NCBI RefSeq assembly: GCF_016432865.1
Contig: NC_067402.1
Span: 16,368,001 to 16,432,000 of the forward strand
Origin: Antechinus flavipes
Lineage: Eukaryota
Reading direction: 5' to 3'
DNA: 64,000 bases
A program made the position numbers and the translations under genes. The notes beneath the pieces were generated by a model. That model saw only the letters and a program-made list of their open reading frames with translations. It was not told the origin of the DNA and did not search any database. This document shows positions 1 through 11,404 of the stretch, piece by piece (within the stretch, counting starts at the first letter, position 1; the number at the start of each line of letters is the position of its first letter).

Positions 1-699
1 CCTCCCTCCCCTCCCCCCCAGCCCCAGTCCCAGCCAGTTCTCCAATTACTGCTACCCCCACTTGTCTATGAAGTTGGGGAGGGTGTCTGGATAATAAGAG
101 ATTTTTAAAAACAGATCTTTATGGGGGTGGGGGTGGGGTGGGGGAGGAAACATCAAGTCCCTGCCAAACTTTAGAAGGCTTTTTTTTTCTTCCAGCCGGC
201 TAAGTTTCCACAATGCCTGTTCTGACAAAGGGAAGTTAGCAATATAGACTGGGGGCAAGTTAGGGGAGTTTATCTGCTTTTCCAGTCGAAGAGAGGCCCA
301 GCAGCAGCTACCCGGAGCCAATGCACATATCTGACGGTTACTGCCTTGGACGTCTTCTCCCTTCCCTCCTGGACCCACAATCGTGCCCAACTCCCAAAGC
401 AGCTTCCCTGGGCGAGTGGGCATCTCTCCCCACTCCAGATCGCCTTGGACCCCATGTCTTCTTGTCCCTCACCAGTACTCCCTTGTTCCCCTTCGCCTCC
501 TTCTTCCCCTAATCCTCCTGGAACCTTTCCCCCCAAATCTCCCCGAGCTCCAGGTGGTGTGGGCGGGGGAGGGGCGAGGGTGGCTCAGGAGCTCTCCTCT
601 CTCCGTGAAGGAAGAAAAAGAAAAAGAGAGGGGGGGGCGGAAGGGAAAAGAAAAGAAAATGGCGATCGAATACACTTAATGTTAAAAATTCCAAAGCAA

Positions 700-830
700 A
701 CGGAGTTAAATAAATTTACGAGGATAGAACCCATTAATTGGGCAATAAAAAGTTTTATGATACTCATTTACATACAATGCTACGGGCTCTCTACGCAATG
801 GCGCCTCTGCTATAATTAAAACCATGGAGG
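700..830. promoter_or_regulatory. HOXA7 intronic homeodomain/CDX-site cluster (HB1-like enhancer)
   Basis: AT-rich island within GC-rich intron: TAAATTTACG, CCATTAATTGGGCAATAAAAAGTTTTATGA, TATAATTAAA. A conserved homeodomain-binding element is known in the Hoxa7 intron. Confidence 0.55.
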
Positions 831-879
831 CTGGCTCTGACAGGAGTCACTTTGGCTCCCCGTTTGCCTGCCTGCCTGG

Positions 880-1200
880 CCTCTGTTCTCCAGCCCTGCC
901 CTGCCCTCTTATCTCCCCCTTCCTGCTTCTCTCTTGCTTGTCCTGTCCCCTTCACTCTCCTGTCCCTTCCTGTCCTGCCCTGTCCTGTCCCTTTCCTCCT
1001 TTTCTGCCCTGCCTGTCCTCCTTTCCTCCTTGTCCTGCCTTCTCGTTCCCCTTTCCCCTCTTCTGCCTCCTCTCCTTCCCTTCCAGGCCAGCGCTCTCCT
1101 GTCCTCCCCTGCCCTAGCCAGGGCTCTCCTGTCCTCCCCTGCCCTAGTCAGTGCTCTCCTGTCCTTCCCCTCCAGGCCAGTCGTCTCCTGCCTCCTCCTC
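880..1200. repeat. Pyrimidine-rich low-complexity tract plus a 30-bp minisatellite (about 3.5 copies, 1083-1190) in the HOXA7 intron
   Basis: (CCTGT/CCTGC)-rich run. The unit GCTCTCCTGTCCTCCCCTGCCCTAGYCAG recurs at 30-nt spacing (1093, 1123, 1153). Confidence 0.85.
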
Positions 1201-1237
1201 TCCTCTCTCCTGCTCGCCTCGTGTCCGCTGCCCCTAC

Positions 1238-1613
1238 CTGAAGACCTCATCCAAGGGTATATCCGGAAATTGGTGTCTGCCTGGCTGTGCAGGGCGCTCG
1301 CCTCGGCTTTCTCACAGCTGCCTTTCGCTAGGTCATTGCAGAGGACCGGGATATTCTGGTCGAAGGACGAGCAGTGCAGGTTGTAGGCGTCTGAGCCCAG
1401 GCCGTATCCGGACGAGAAGGGCCCCGGATAAATGGCACTGTTCACATTGTACACGCCGGGCACGGAGGAAGCGAAGGCGCCCGCGCCCGGTCCGTAGCCG
1501 CTTCTCTGAGAGTTGGTGGCAAAGGAGCAAGAAGTCGGCTCTGCATTTTGGAACAGAGAAGCCCCCGCCGTATATTTGCTAAAAAGCGCATTCACATAAT
1601 ACGAAGAACTCAT
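1238..1613 (-). CDS. HOXA7: Homeobox A7, coding exon 1 (125 codons + 1 nt); exon 2 with the homeodomain is outside the window to the left
   Basis: ATG at 1613 gives MSSSYYVNALFSKYTAGASLFQNAEPTSCSF...NFRIYPWMRSSG with the YPWM hexapeptide. Donor CAG|GTAGGG with GT at 1237-1236, phase 1. No homeobox was found in 1-1237. Confidence 0.96.
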
Positions 1614-1790
1614 AATTTTGACCTGTGATTTGTTGTCCGGCAGGCTCCCGTGTCGGTTTTACGAGGTAGCGTGATATATGGTAACATTACACCCCCAGAT
1701 TTACACCAAACCCCATTTTCTTTTGGACGGAGCTTGCCTCCAGCACGTGACCGGTCATATGACGGCCTCCGCCAATCTCCTCCTCCATCA
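1614..1790 (-). promoter_or_regulatory. HOXA7 5'UTR and proximal promoter
   Basis: E-box CACGTG at 1744-1749 and CCAAT at 1772-1776 directly upstream of the ATG. The leader CAAATCACAGGTCAAAATT-ATG is typical of HOXA7. Confidence 0.7.
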
Positions 1791-3339
1791 CAGGTGGTAG
1801 AGCTCAGGGTGACTCCAGCCTCCCTCCTAGCATGGCAGGGGAAGAGGCTCAAACGGGGGAGGGAGTGTGTGCGCGCTCTGGGCTCGTTGCGCCCTGTGCC
1901 CTGCCGAAGCTGTGGCCCCTGGAGGCCAGGGCGCGCGCGCACCCTCGGGCCCCGGGACTCCCTGTACGCTTGCACCCCTGCTAAGGCTAGCCACGGGCAG
2001 CGGCGAACTTCTGCCCTACTGAAGCGGTCTCCGAGTCTTTCCCACCCCATTACTTCCACCAGCCGCCCCTCTTCCTGCTCGCAGCCGGTCGTCTCCCCTC
2101 GGCCCGCTTTCTCCTCCCTGACTCTCCAAGCTTCCCTCCCACCATTTCCCCTCCCCGAACCCTCGCGGGGCTGGATCTGGATGGGCAAGGTGCCGGCCCG
2201 GGTGCCTTGGAGCCGCGATTTTGAGTGCCCCCGTGCACGACCGCTGTCTGTCTGTCGGCTTTATTAATTCATTCTCCCAAATTGCCCGTTACGAGCAGGG
2301 TGTCCTCTCGGGGCTTGCCAAGAAGGCACAGTCGCTTCCAGATGCAGTTAAAATTAAATTTTAAAACAAAACAAGTCACCACATTAAACTGGAACCATGT
2401 GTCCCAAGTGAAGTAAAAGTTTCAGAGAATCTCTGACTGAGCAGTTGTGGCATTAATTTTCCCCCACAGGAAGAAATGAAATATCCCTATATTAATGACT
2501 CTAATGTGCAAAACGGATTTCCCAAACCCCGTTTTTCCCGTCTCTCCACTTTGCACCCGACTAACCCTAATCCTTGGTCACTGGGGCCACCTTCCTCCAG
2601 TAGCCGCCTCTCTGGAGGGGAGACTACCTTTGTGCCCATCCACTCCCTTTCCACTGCAGTCTAACCTGCTGGCCTGACTGGAGAAATTAAGGGTCTCTAC
2701 GAAGCCTGTTTTAACGTTCCTTTGTTCTAAGACCAGGACCCTGCAATACTGGGACTAGGGAGGCAACATTTACCATAACCCCTTTCACACACTCCAACCT
2801 TCTCCCCTCATGTTCCAAGCTAGGCCATTGGCCTCGGGCTCAACAGCCTCAAGGACAAATCGGAAAAGCCAATTGAGTTAAAGAAGGATCCCTTCGGCCC
2901 CCTCAGCCCCGCTGCTCCCCATTGAATCTGTATTGTGTAAATATGGTCATGTACTGTGACAAGAGCACAGCTCTAGAAACAGAAATTGGAATTGAGGTGA
3001 CTTGTGTCCTTTTCAGGAACTTCAGAGCGCTACCTCTTTGGAGAATCGGTTTAAATAAATGAGGGAGGGAATGGGAAGCGTAATATGCAAAGCCTTGCTT
3101 TCCCCCTTCTCAGCTGCTTTCCAGACTGTTTTTCCCAAGCCCCTACACACTCACAAACTCAGGCCAGCGCACATACACGCTTACCTTTCCCGGGCTCCGT
3201 TGCAAAAGGCCACCTTTATTTCCCCCCATTTACCCCCCTCCAGTCAAGCCAAGCAAGCGGCTTCGTCTCACACACACACACCCCAGGCCAGCCTGCCTTC
3301 CAACAATGGAAATGCCTCTCCATTGAGGATGTCGGGGCG

Positions 3340-3480
3340 AGCCCTTCCTCTAAACGGATCGTAAAATGACTTTGCTGCGGCCCTCAGACAGAGGGCCCAG
3401 GTCAGGACAGCTTTTACTGCCGGCCTGTATTGCACATCATAAACTGGAGGGAGCACAATAGATTGCCCCGGAAATTCTCC
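3340..3480. promoter_or_regulatory. Candidate HOXA7 upstream enhancer (CDX/HOX sites)
   Basis: TCGTAAA at 3359-3365 and TCATAAA at 3437-3443, about 1.8 kb upstream of the ATG, roughly where a mouse Hoxa7 enhancer is described. Position is by recall only. Confidence 0.3.
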
Positions 3481-4809
3481 TGCAAATGAGAGTTTGGTTC
3501 CTTGGGTACAAAGCGCTGCTCACCACTTGAGATGGTTCCTGGCCGGTGTGTTTGGCTGCACGCTCAATGGGTGTTGACACTCTGGAAAAAAAAAATACAC
3601 AAAAGGCACTCGGTGGAATGGGGCTCAGGAAGGATGGCAGGGCCCAACCACCCCAGAATTCAAGAATTAAGAGAATGTCATTAAATTTTGCTAAAGGAGG
3701 ACCGTGGCTCATTGGACATTGGGCCCGAAGAGGAGGTGGGCTAGTGGGTGTCTTGGCGCTGAGCTGGGCCCCAGATCCCTTGTCTGGGCACTTAATTGTT
3801 CGGAACCAGTGGGTCCAATATCCGGAGATCCCTGTTTATGGCATCTCAGGAAGCCGGCCCTATCCTGAGTAAGGGAGGGAGGGTTGAATGGGGGGAAGAG
3901 AAAAAGACCAAATATCCTAAATAGCATCAAATTCTGGTAGGAAATAGAGGCCTGGGGACGTTAAGTAAAAGCAAAGGCAACAAGAAGACGATTCAGGAGA
4001 TCAAAGCGACTGAATTAGGCTGCTTTAGACCAATAAATTGTTCCTCTGGTGACAACAGACTAAGATGCAAGAGAAAGAAGCAGGCTGCCCAGCCCCTGTC
4101 TAGACTCAGCCGAGAGCATAGGCGACAGGGTTTGCAGAGATGACATTTCAAACAGACCATGCCCTTTACTGAGGGGCTGGGGAAGCAGGAGCGTGGGATG
4201 TGAAGTGGGGAGAAACAGAACGAATTTCAGCCCACCGTGCCTGGAATATCGACAACTACTGTTTGCAAGCCCCTTCCTTTTGTGGGACAGACGAGTTGTT
4301 CTCTGCCTGTGTCTGCCGACTGCTGCCCCCAAACCTCTGCAAGTATCTTTCTGGGGGATCGGCCTACAGCTTCGGCCGAATTGGGGAGATTCAGAGAGGG
4401 GAAATAAATTGTGTACACGTGTGTATTTGTATGTATTTATATACACATACATAACATATATACATCCTCTTATAAATTCCCTCTCAATTTTTGTGCATTT
4501 GAAATCCCCCCAAACCCAGGTTACATTATGTTCCAAAGTCAAAAATTCTGTCTAGGTCTGCGGAGGTTTGCCCCTCAACAAGCCCCCCTTCGCATTAGAG
4601 TCGCTATAGAAATAAGAATAATAAATAACATTATTTTGGAGAAATGGTCCCGCACACAGGTGCTCACATAGCTCTAGATCCACACACCCCTATCCTTGCA
4701 TTTATATAAAGGCAATTCATCGAGTTAGAACGCCGACATGGATCTAATCACACATCTGACTCGAAAATAACGAGGATCTATTTCATTTGGAGAGAAAAGC
4801 CACTATGAG

Positions 4810-4875
4810 TTTATAGCTACTAGTTCTCTTTTCCTGGATGTGTTTATAGCTACTAGCTCTCTTTTCCTAGATGTG
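4810..4875. repeat. 33-bp tandem duplication
   Basis: TTTATAGCTACTAG(T/C)TCTCTTTTCCT(G/A)GATGTG x2, 31/33 identical. Confidence 0.9.
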
Positions 4876-6586
4876 GTTCTGAAGAGCTAGAGCTGGAAAT
4901 ATCGTAATCAATAAATGTTTTCCGTTTATATATTAATGCAAACAACGATCTCATATTAGCGTTCACCTCCCCAGCCCCACTCTCTCTGCCAGCTCTGCCT
5001 CCAAGCACATTTCTTAATGCCCTTCTCCACGGCGCTTTTTGCCGCTCTTCTTTTCAGTCTCTGCTCCAACTGAGCAAAGACAGTATTTGTTATTTGTAAT
5101 GCAGGACATCTCAGGACTGGCGGGATTCGGTGATAAACTCATTACAGACGCGTGAAAATTAGCAACGAATTACAGTGAGAGGTGGCTCGGGCCGCAGACG
5201 CCGCCAGGGTGGCGAAGGAAAGCTCGCTTGCCACTACCAGTGGCCGGGCGGCCCGCGCTCTCGAGCCTGGCCGAATAATTCGGAATTCCAGCGCAGCACT
5301 GGTTCCCGAGGCCCTCCTGCCAGTCCAGGGCATGTGTGGGCAGCGGATCGGGGGTTTGGAATCTCTGCTGACACAACCCGGGGTAAGGCAGGCCGCTACT
5401 TCCAGGGGGTTTTGCCCAGGGGTTGGCCAGTCAAATTCCCGGTTTGGATAATCTGGACCGCCGCGGTGGCCTTTAGGGCAATAGATCTATGTGGGCTCCT
5501 ACCACGTAGAAATACATAAATACTCATTTATACATATATATTTGTATATATATACATATATTTATATCTATTACGCATTATGTGTGTGTGAGTGCGTGTG
5601 CAATACATATTGTGACACACCAACTATCTATAGTGAGATTTTTCTCCATTTAGTCGCAATGTGTCCAGGAGCAAACACAGATCTGTCTAGATCGAAATGG
5701 CGATTTATGAAATTATCTCACTATAAATATTTTATATAGATATATAGTGTGAGTTTACATGCACCATTTTGGATAAATACACACGAATATTATATATATA
5801 TATATACACACACACACATGTATATACTTACATACATCGAGATAAATCTAGATACTGTTACAGATATAGATGAGATCTATCTGCAGAGAGAAATAGTTAT
5901 AGATCCCACAAACATACAGAATGAAAGAAAGGAAGAGGTCGACTTGGAGCCAAAATCCCGTCCTCAATTTTACAACGAGTTTGTCGCGGAGATCTGGGTC
6001 ATAAACATTTTGTGGGCTTGGCAGAGACTATAATAATCCCAATAAATACAACGTGTGCCGAATTCCCAGAGCTCTCGGGTGGGTTAGTGGTTTTCTCAGT
6101 TTTCTTTTGCTTTTTCCACTTGGAAGCAAACCCAGCTCCCGGCTTCCCCACTCTCCACGTGGAGTGATAGTAGAGGCGCTGGGGTTTTTTTTGTGCTTCT
6201 GGGGGAGAGGTATTGTTTGATTCCTTCCTTTTTTTTCTCTTCTTTCCTGGAACCTGCACTCCGCTCGCACTTCAGTCGCTGTGGTTCATTTATTCTCTTT
6301 TCCTACCTCTGAACCAAGGAGAAAAAAAAAGCCTACAAAATCCTGGGGCTCGTTTCTCAATTTTTTTTTAAACCAAAAAGAGAAGGAGGAGAAAGAAAAG
6401 AAAGAAAAGGAAAAGAAGGAGAGAGGAGAAGAATCGAAGATAAAAATAACAGTGGCTCTGCTTTTGAAATTCAGGAATAAACATTAATTTAAAAATACTA
6501 ACAGTCTATGTTGTTAAAATATTGCAAATCATTGTTCTGTAAGTTAAATGAAAAGGGATTTTTTTGGGGGGGGGACACAGAACAGG

Positions 6587-6770
6587 TTTTTTTTTTTTAA
6601 GCTTTTTATTTTCAGAACATATTGCAGAGATAGTTTTCAACATTCACCTTTGCAAAATCTTGTATTCCATTTTTCCCCCTCTCTCCCTTCTCCCATCCCC
6701 TCTCCTAGACGGCAAGTAATCCAATATATGTTACACATGTGCAATTCTTCTATACATATTTACACAACTA
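6587..6770 (-). mobile_element. 5'-truncated LINE-1/HAL1-type 3' end fragment (marsupial-like)
   Basis: Poly-T at 6587-6598 followed by AAGCTTTTTATTTTCAGAACATA...CAACATTCACCTTTGCAAAATCTTGTATTCC...CTAGACGGCAAGTAATCCAATATATGTTACACATGTGCAATTCTTCTATACATATTT. This resembles, from memory, an abundant marsupial LINE 3' terminus in reverse orientation. AATAAA lies on the minus strand next to the tail. Confidence 0.6.
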
Positions 6771-7499
6771 CAATAGAGCTTTAAGCCTCCTGCAAAAGGC
6801 GACATTTAGGAGGAAAATCCGAGACTCCTAGAACTAATTTTCAATTCCAGGGCGTCACTACCCCGTTTGTTTAAATACAGTCTTCCAAATTATTAAATCA
6901 ACCTCCAAGGTCTTCTGACCAATTTTGTTGTTTTTTTTTTTTTGGTTATTGTTTTATTAGATATGAGTGGGTGCGCGCCCCCCCCCCCCCCCAGTGTGCT
7001 GGGCTTTACGCGGGCCATCCTCCGAGCCCCCCGGCTCCTCGAGCTGGCCTGCTAGGGTGGGACCCAGACCGGGCAGGGCATTCCAGTTGAGAACGCCCTT
7101 CCCGAAAAGACTGAACCCGATGCGCGGAGCCTCTCTCCCTCAGACAGTGGGGTGCCCCGTCGGGGTGGCACATATCAGAGCCAGAGGGGCCCTCCTAAAG
7201 TGTCCCCCGAAGCCTCTTTAAAAATCCATATTCTGCAAACTCCAATCTTTTCCAGAATTCAGCATAAGGGAGACCAGCCTTGTCCTTAAACTAATTTATC
7301 GTTTTGGGGTTTTTTTTTAACCCTCCCACCGAGGTATCAGTCAAAACATGAGTAGTACCGGAAATATCTGACCGTTGTTAAACTCAAATCAGTGGCTTCA
7401 AATCCAGAAATGCTCCCATAAAGTCGACATTTTAGAAGCTGCCCAGGGTCGGGACTGAGGGCATCATGGCGGCAGCACAGCTGTTTGCGTGGAACCACA

Positions 7500-7532
7500 C
7501 TGCCATCTGCTGGTTCTTAGGTGCTACTGCAG
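7500..7532 (-). promoter_or_regulatory. CTCF site between HOXA7 and HOXA9 (CBS7|9 equivalent)
   Basis: Minus strand CCAGCAGATGGCAG (7513-7500) is a 14/14 match to CCASYAGRKGGCRS. The upstream module TGCAGTAGC starts 18 nt before the core. Confidence 0.85.
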
Positions 7533-9681
7533 CTCTCTGAATCGCCTGGTTCCGGGCCTGCAGCTGGCCCCTTAACCAGCTGGCCTTGGAGCCAGGGACG
7601 CCGGCCCCACTTCCAGCCCGCTGCAGGGTCCCAATTATAGAAAGGAGAAGGGGGGGAAACAACCGTCCTCCTACTCTGTTGCTTAGAAAACATGAAAGAT
7701 AAATGTCCACACCGGAGCCCACGCCGCCCAAGGGGCAGCAACCAGTCCCCATAAAAGGGGTCGTTTCCTTACACACCCCCCCAACCTTATCTTCGGCGAC
7801 CAGACAAAATAAATGAAAAAAAGCTTTTGTGGAAAAATCTTAATTGTGGCTGGACAGTTGTAAACTCATTAAGGGCCGAATTCCAGACAGTTTGCAGACC
7901 CGGCCTTTATTACACACCCTTAATGCCCATTCTTTGAAGTTTCTTCAGTCTGCAACAACAGAGGGTGTCCCAACACGGACCAATTAAGGGCTCCCTCCCG
8001 CCCTCCCGCCCTCCCTCTCTCGCTCTTTTTTCTTTGACTAGTAGAACTATTTCCCCTTTTACTAATTATAAAAACATATTCAACTTTCCAGAGGACGACT
8101 TTTAAAAGGGGGGGAGGGGAGGAGAGGGTTCGACCGAATATCGCGAGTCCCCTGCACCTCCGAAGGGCCTCCCTGCCCGACCCACGGCGGCGACGGCTCC
8201 CTAAGTTTTGTCCTCTCCCCCTGAAGCTCTTTACACCCCATAAACGCTAACAGCGGTCATTTTCTTTTATGGCGCTCCATGGTTCTGCGTTTTCCTTACA
8301 GATTTTTCTGCCAAGACTTGCCACTCTGAGCGTTCGCAATTTTGGGCCCTCCTAGAATGCAAGGCCCCTAGTGATTCTTGGGCGTCTCTGCTGCCCATGC
8401 CCTGCCTGAGAAAGACAGCCGGGGTGGGGGAGTGGGGAGCGGGGGGCGGGTGCAGGGGAGGAAGAAGGCTTTCTCCGAGATCTAAAATGTCAGCTCAGGC
8501 AGGAACTACACTTTAAATCCGCCTTTTAAGATTCTCTCTTTAATTGTTCTCTGGAGTCCATCCATGTCCCGAAAAAAAGGACGATTCCTTTTCCCTCTCA
8601 AGATATTTCATTTTGGATAAATACACATGCATATTATATGTATATACTTACATATAATCAAGTCCTTTTAGCTTTTTGTCTTTTAAAAAAAAAATCTCTC
8701 TCCTCCCCCCCTTTTTTTCTTTCCCCTTCCTTTCTTTCCTCAGGCCACTGGTTAAATTTTATTTTTTTTAATTGAGATTTTTATCTCTCCACAAGAACCC
8801 TACCTTTTAGGGAAAAGACTTTTCTTTCGAGTTAGAAACAAAAGGAGAGAAACGGTGGAAACATGCAAAAAGACAGAAAGACAAAAGAAGAAAAAAAAAG
8901 AAAGAAATGGGAAGGAGCGGGGGAAAGAGAAAGAAATTCTCCTGAGTCTTGAGGGAGAGTGCCACTTTGAGAAGGAGAAAAAGGAGGTGGTGGGTGACTC
9001 TCTCTTCATTTTTTAGGGACGAGTGGCAATGAATAAAGGAGAAAAATCTCTCAGAATTCCGACTGGCCGAGTCTTTCTCCACCACCCGGATTAGGCGCAC
9101 GCAGGGTATGTGGAGAGAGTTTCCTTTAGCCTCCTGGGTCCCGCATCCAGTCCTTTCCACATCTGCATGGCCCTTCGGATCTCTTCTGCTCCTTAGCTGA
9201 GTTGGTCCCCTGTCTCACCCACCCACTTTCCTTTGGGGTTCCCCTGAACCAAGTCTAAGGGCCACCGGCCCAGGCTGGGAATGAGTCCGGAGCCTAAACT
9301 AATGAGAGCTCTCTGCTCTGCTCAGCTACAGCCCGTTCCCTAAGAAATCTTTCTCTCCCATTCCCTCCCGGCCAGGGGGCCGGCGTCTGGAGCTCAGTCT
9401 GAAAGCCTGGGCCTCGGTCTGGGGAGGGAAGAAAAAAACTAGGGACCGAGAAAGGAAACTACAACCATCAGCCTGGTTCCGCCGGCCTGCCCAGAGGGAG
9501 GAGGGAGCAAAAAGAGGCCCAGCTTTGGGCTCCCTCCCTGCTCTCTCCGCAGCGCCTTGGACTCGCTAGCCCTGCTGCCGCCCTTCCAGTACCTAGCTGG
9601 GGAGGAAGAAACCGGCAATCGATACTTGAAGAAGGACGTTCAAAACAGTGGACCCGTAGAATAGAAAAGAATCAATATATT

Positions 9682-9687
9682 TTTATT
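9682..9687 (-). terminator. HOXA9 polyadenylation signal
   Basis: AATAAA on the minus strand about 1.24 kb after the stop, at the end of an AU-rich 3'UTR. Confidence 0.7.
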
Positions 9688-9928
9688 TGGCAAAAAGTTA
9701 AATATCATCTCAACACAATGGTTTGGTCAGTAGGTCATGAGGTAACTCTTGCAAAATATACAGTGTATTTATTGTTCTGCCTTAACAGAAGTCCCCAAAT
9801 TTCAAGTGATACAAATCTACGATAGCCCGATGGCAGGTTTCATAGCGCATAATTTATTATCAATAAAATTAACTCCATTACAATAAGCATTCGTTCCCCC
9901 CCCCCCAATTAAAATTAAAAGTAAACTA

Positions 9929-9936
9929 TAGGTAGT
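9929..9936 (-). promoter_or_regulatory. miR-196 8mer target site in the HOXA9 3'UTR (a second 7mer-m8 site at 10545-10551)
   Basis: The mRNA sense reads ACTACCTA, complementary to miR-196 nt 2-8 plus A1. ACTACCT also occurs at 10551-10545. Confidence 0.7.
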
Positions 9937-10927
9937 TACCTTCTTCACGTGAACAAATAATTCCGAAATCGGAAAGCGGCTTCACTGGTGCAAAAACAAG
10001 ATTCAAGCTCGTCTGAGTATTTACTTTTTTTTTTTCTTTAATATATAGATTATATACAACTGACAAGACAGTACTAGAGATCAACTGTACAGACTAAAAT
10101 GTCCCGATTGGAAAGACGTTGGGGAGAGGCTTTGGAGTCCACTTATCCCTCCCAGCCCAACAAAAGTTTCTTTTTTTTTTTTTTTCTTTTTTTTTTCTTT
10201 GACTGGGATGATATTTTATATACTCTCTCTCTCTTTCTCTATTTATATTACAATCCAAGGTTAACTGTCTAGTTATACAGAAGAAAGACTTATTACACTA
10301 CAGAGCTAGACCCTTTGCCACATTTCTCCTCAACAACCTGAGTTCGAATGAGATTCTTAGCGTCCACGATGACAACCGGTAGGGCCGGCACCCGAGCACA
10401 AAAGTGGATTCACGAACAATGATTAACCACAAACAAACACATGTTCAAGTATTACAGCAGCCCTCTCCGCTGCGCACAGAGCAAATCAAAGAACTACACA
10501 CACTACGCTCTACAGTCTGTCCAGAGAGTTGTGCATTAGGAAAAAGGTAGTTATTATTTTTTTTCTCCATAAGTAAGGAACAGGTAGATTTCTTATTTTC
10601 TTTCTTTCTTTCTTTCTTTTTTTTTTTTTTAAATACAAGCCAACACACACAGCCATACAGCACTAATGCCCCCTTTTTTGTCCTAGGATAGAAAATGAAA
10701 AAGCTTACAGTACCTCCACCACAGGCTGGGCAAGGCCCCCGTGCTACCGTGACAAGGTACACCATTATGAATGATAAGGATTGGGGAAGAGGGGAAGAAG
10801 GGATGGGGTGGGTGGGGTGAGACCTGGATTCAGTCATATTGTGTGGGGTTCTGGAGGCTGGGAGAGGGGAGAAGAAGGAATGGGAGGGATAGAACTTCCC
10901 CCAGCCTTCCTATCAACCTGGGCCACA

Positions 10928-11166
10928 TCATTCGTCCTTTGCTCGGTCTTTGTTAATTTTCTTCATTTTCATCCTCCTGTTTTGAAACCAAATTTTGACT
11001 TGTCTTTCGGTGAGGTTGAGGAGTCTTGCCACTTCGTATCTGCGGTCCCTGGTGAGATACATATTGAACAAGAATTCCTTCTCCAGTTCTAGTGTTTGGT
11101 GCTTGGTGTAGGGACAGCGCTTTTTTCGAGTGGATCTCGCGTGTAGCCAGTTCGCAGCTGGGTTGT
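10928..11166 (-). CDS. HOXA9: Homeobox A9, exon 2 (homeodomain)
   Basis: Acceptor CCCCAG|AC at 11167/11166. Translation (N)[81 protein letters not shown] at 10930-10928. Confidence 0.98.
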
Positions 11167-11361
11167 CTGGGGTGGGGGGGTGAAGGGAAGTGGGAAAAGA
11201 CAAGAGAGCGTGAGATATTTTTCTCCCCCTGGCGATTATAATAAGATAAGAATCAGCAAGAGCAGCAGCAGTGCCCACCCAGCCTCTCCCAATTTAGGGG
11301 GGCCTTTGGGGGAATTCAAGGAGATCGAAGGTTAGGACGTTCCTTTCTTATTTTCCGAGAC

Positions 11362-11364
<3 letters not shown>

Positions 11365-11400
<36 letters not shown>
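11365..11400. repeat. (GT)n microsatellite in the HOXA9 intron
   Basis: Visible GT run. Confidence 0.95.

Positions 11401-11404
<4 letters not shown>

Noticed and set aside
120-150. G-quadruplex-prone G-runs here and at many GC-rich sites
   Set aside because: Ubiquitous in this GC-rich locus, with nothing to single out any one.
909-1237. C-terminal extension of the 234-aa HOXA7 ORF, and similar run-ons of the HOXA9, A10, A11 and A13 exon-1 ORFs
   Set aside because: Read-through into introns past clear GT donors, producing low-complexity translations.
5196-5245. CTCF-like strings CCGCCAGGGTGGCG and CCACTACCAGTGGCC
   Set aside because: Poor positional match to the core consensus. The 7500-7513 motif is a perfect match at the expected location.
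1614-10927. Missing HOXA8, or a pseudogene remnant between HOXA7 and HOXA9
   Set aside because: Absence of HOXA8 is normal in tetrapods, and no homeobox-like translation was seen in any frame.
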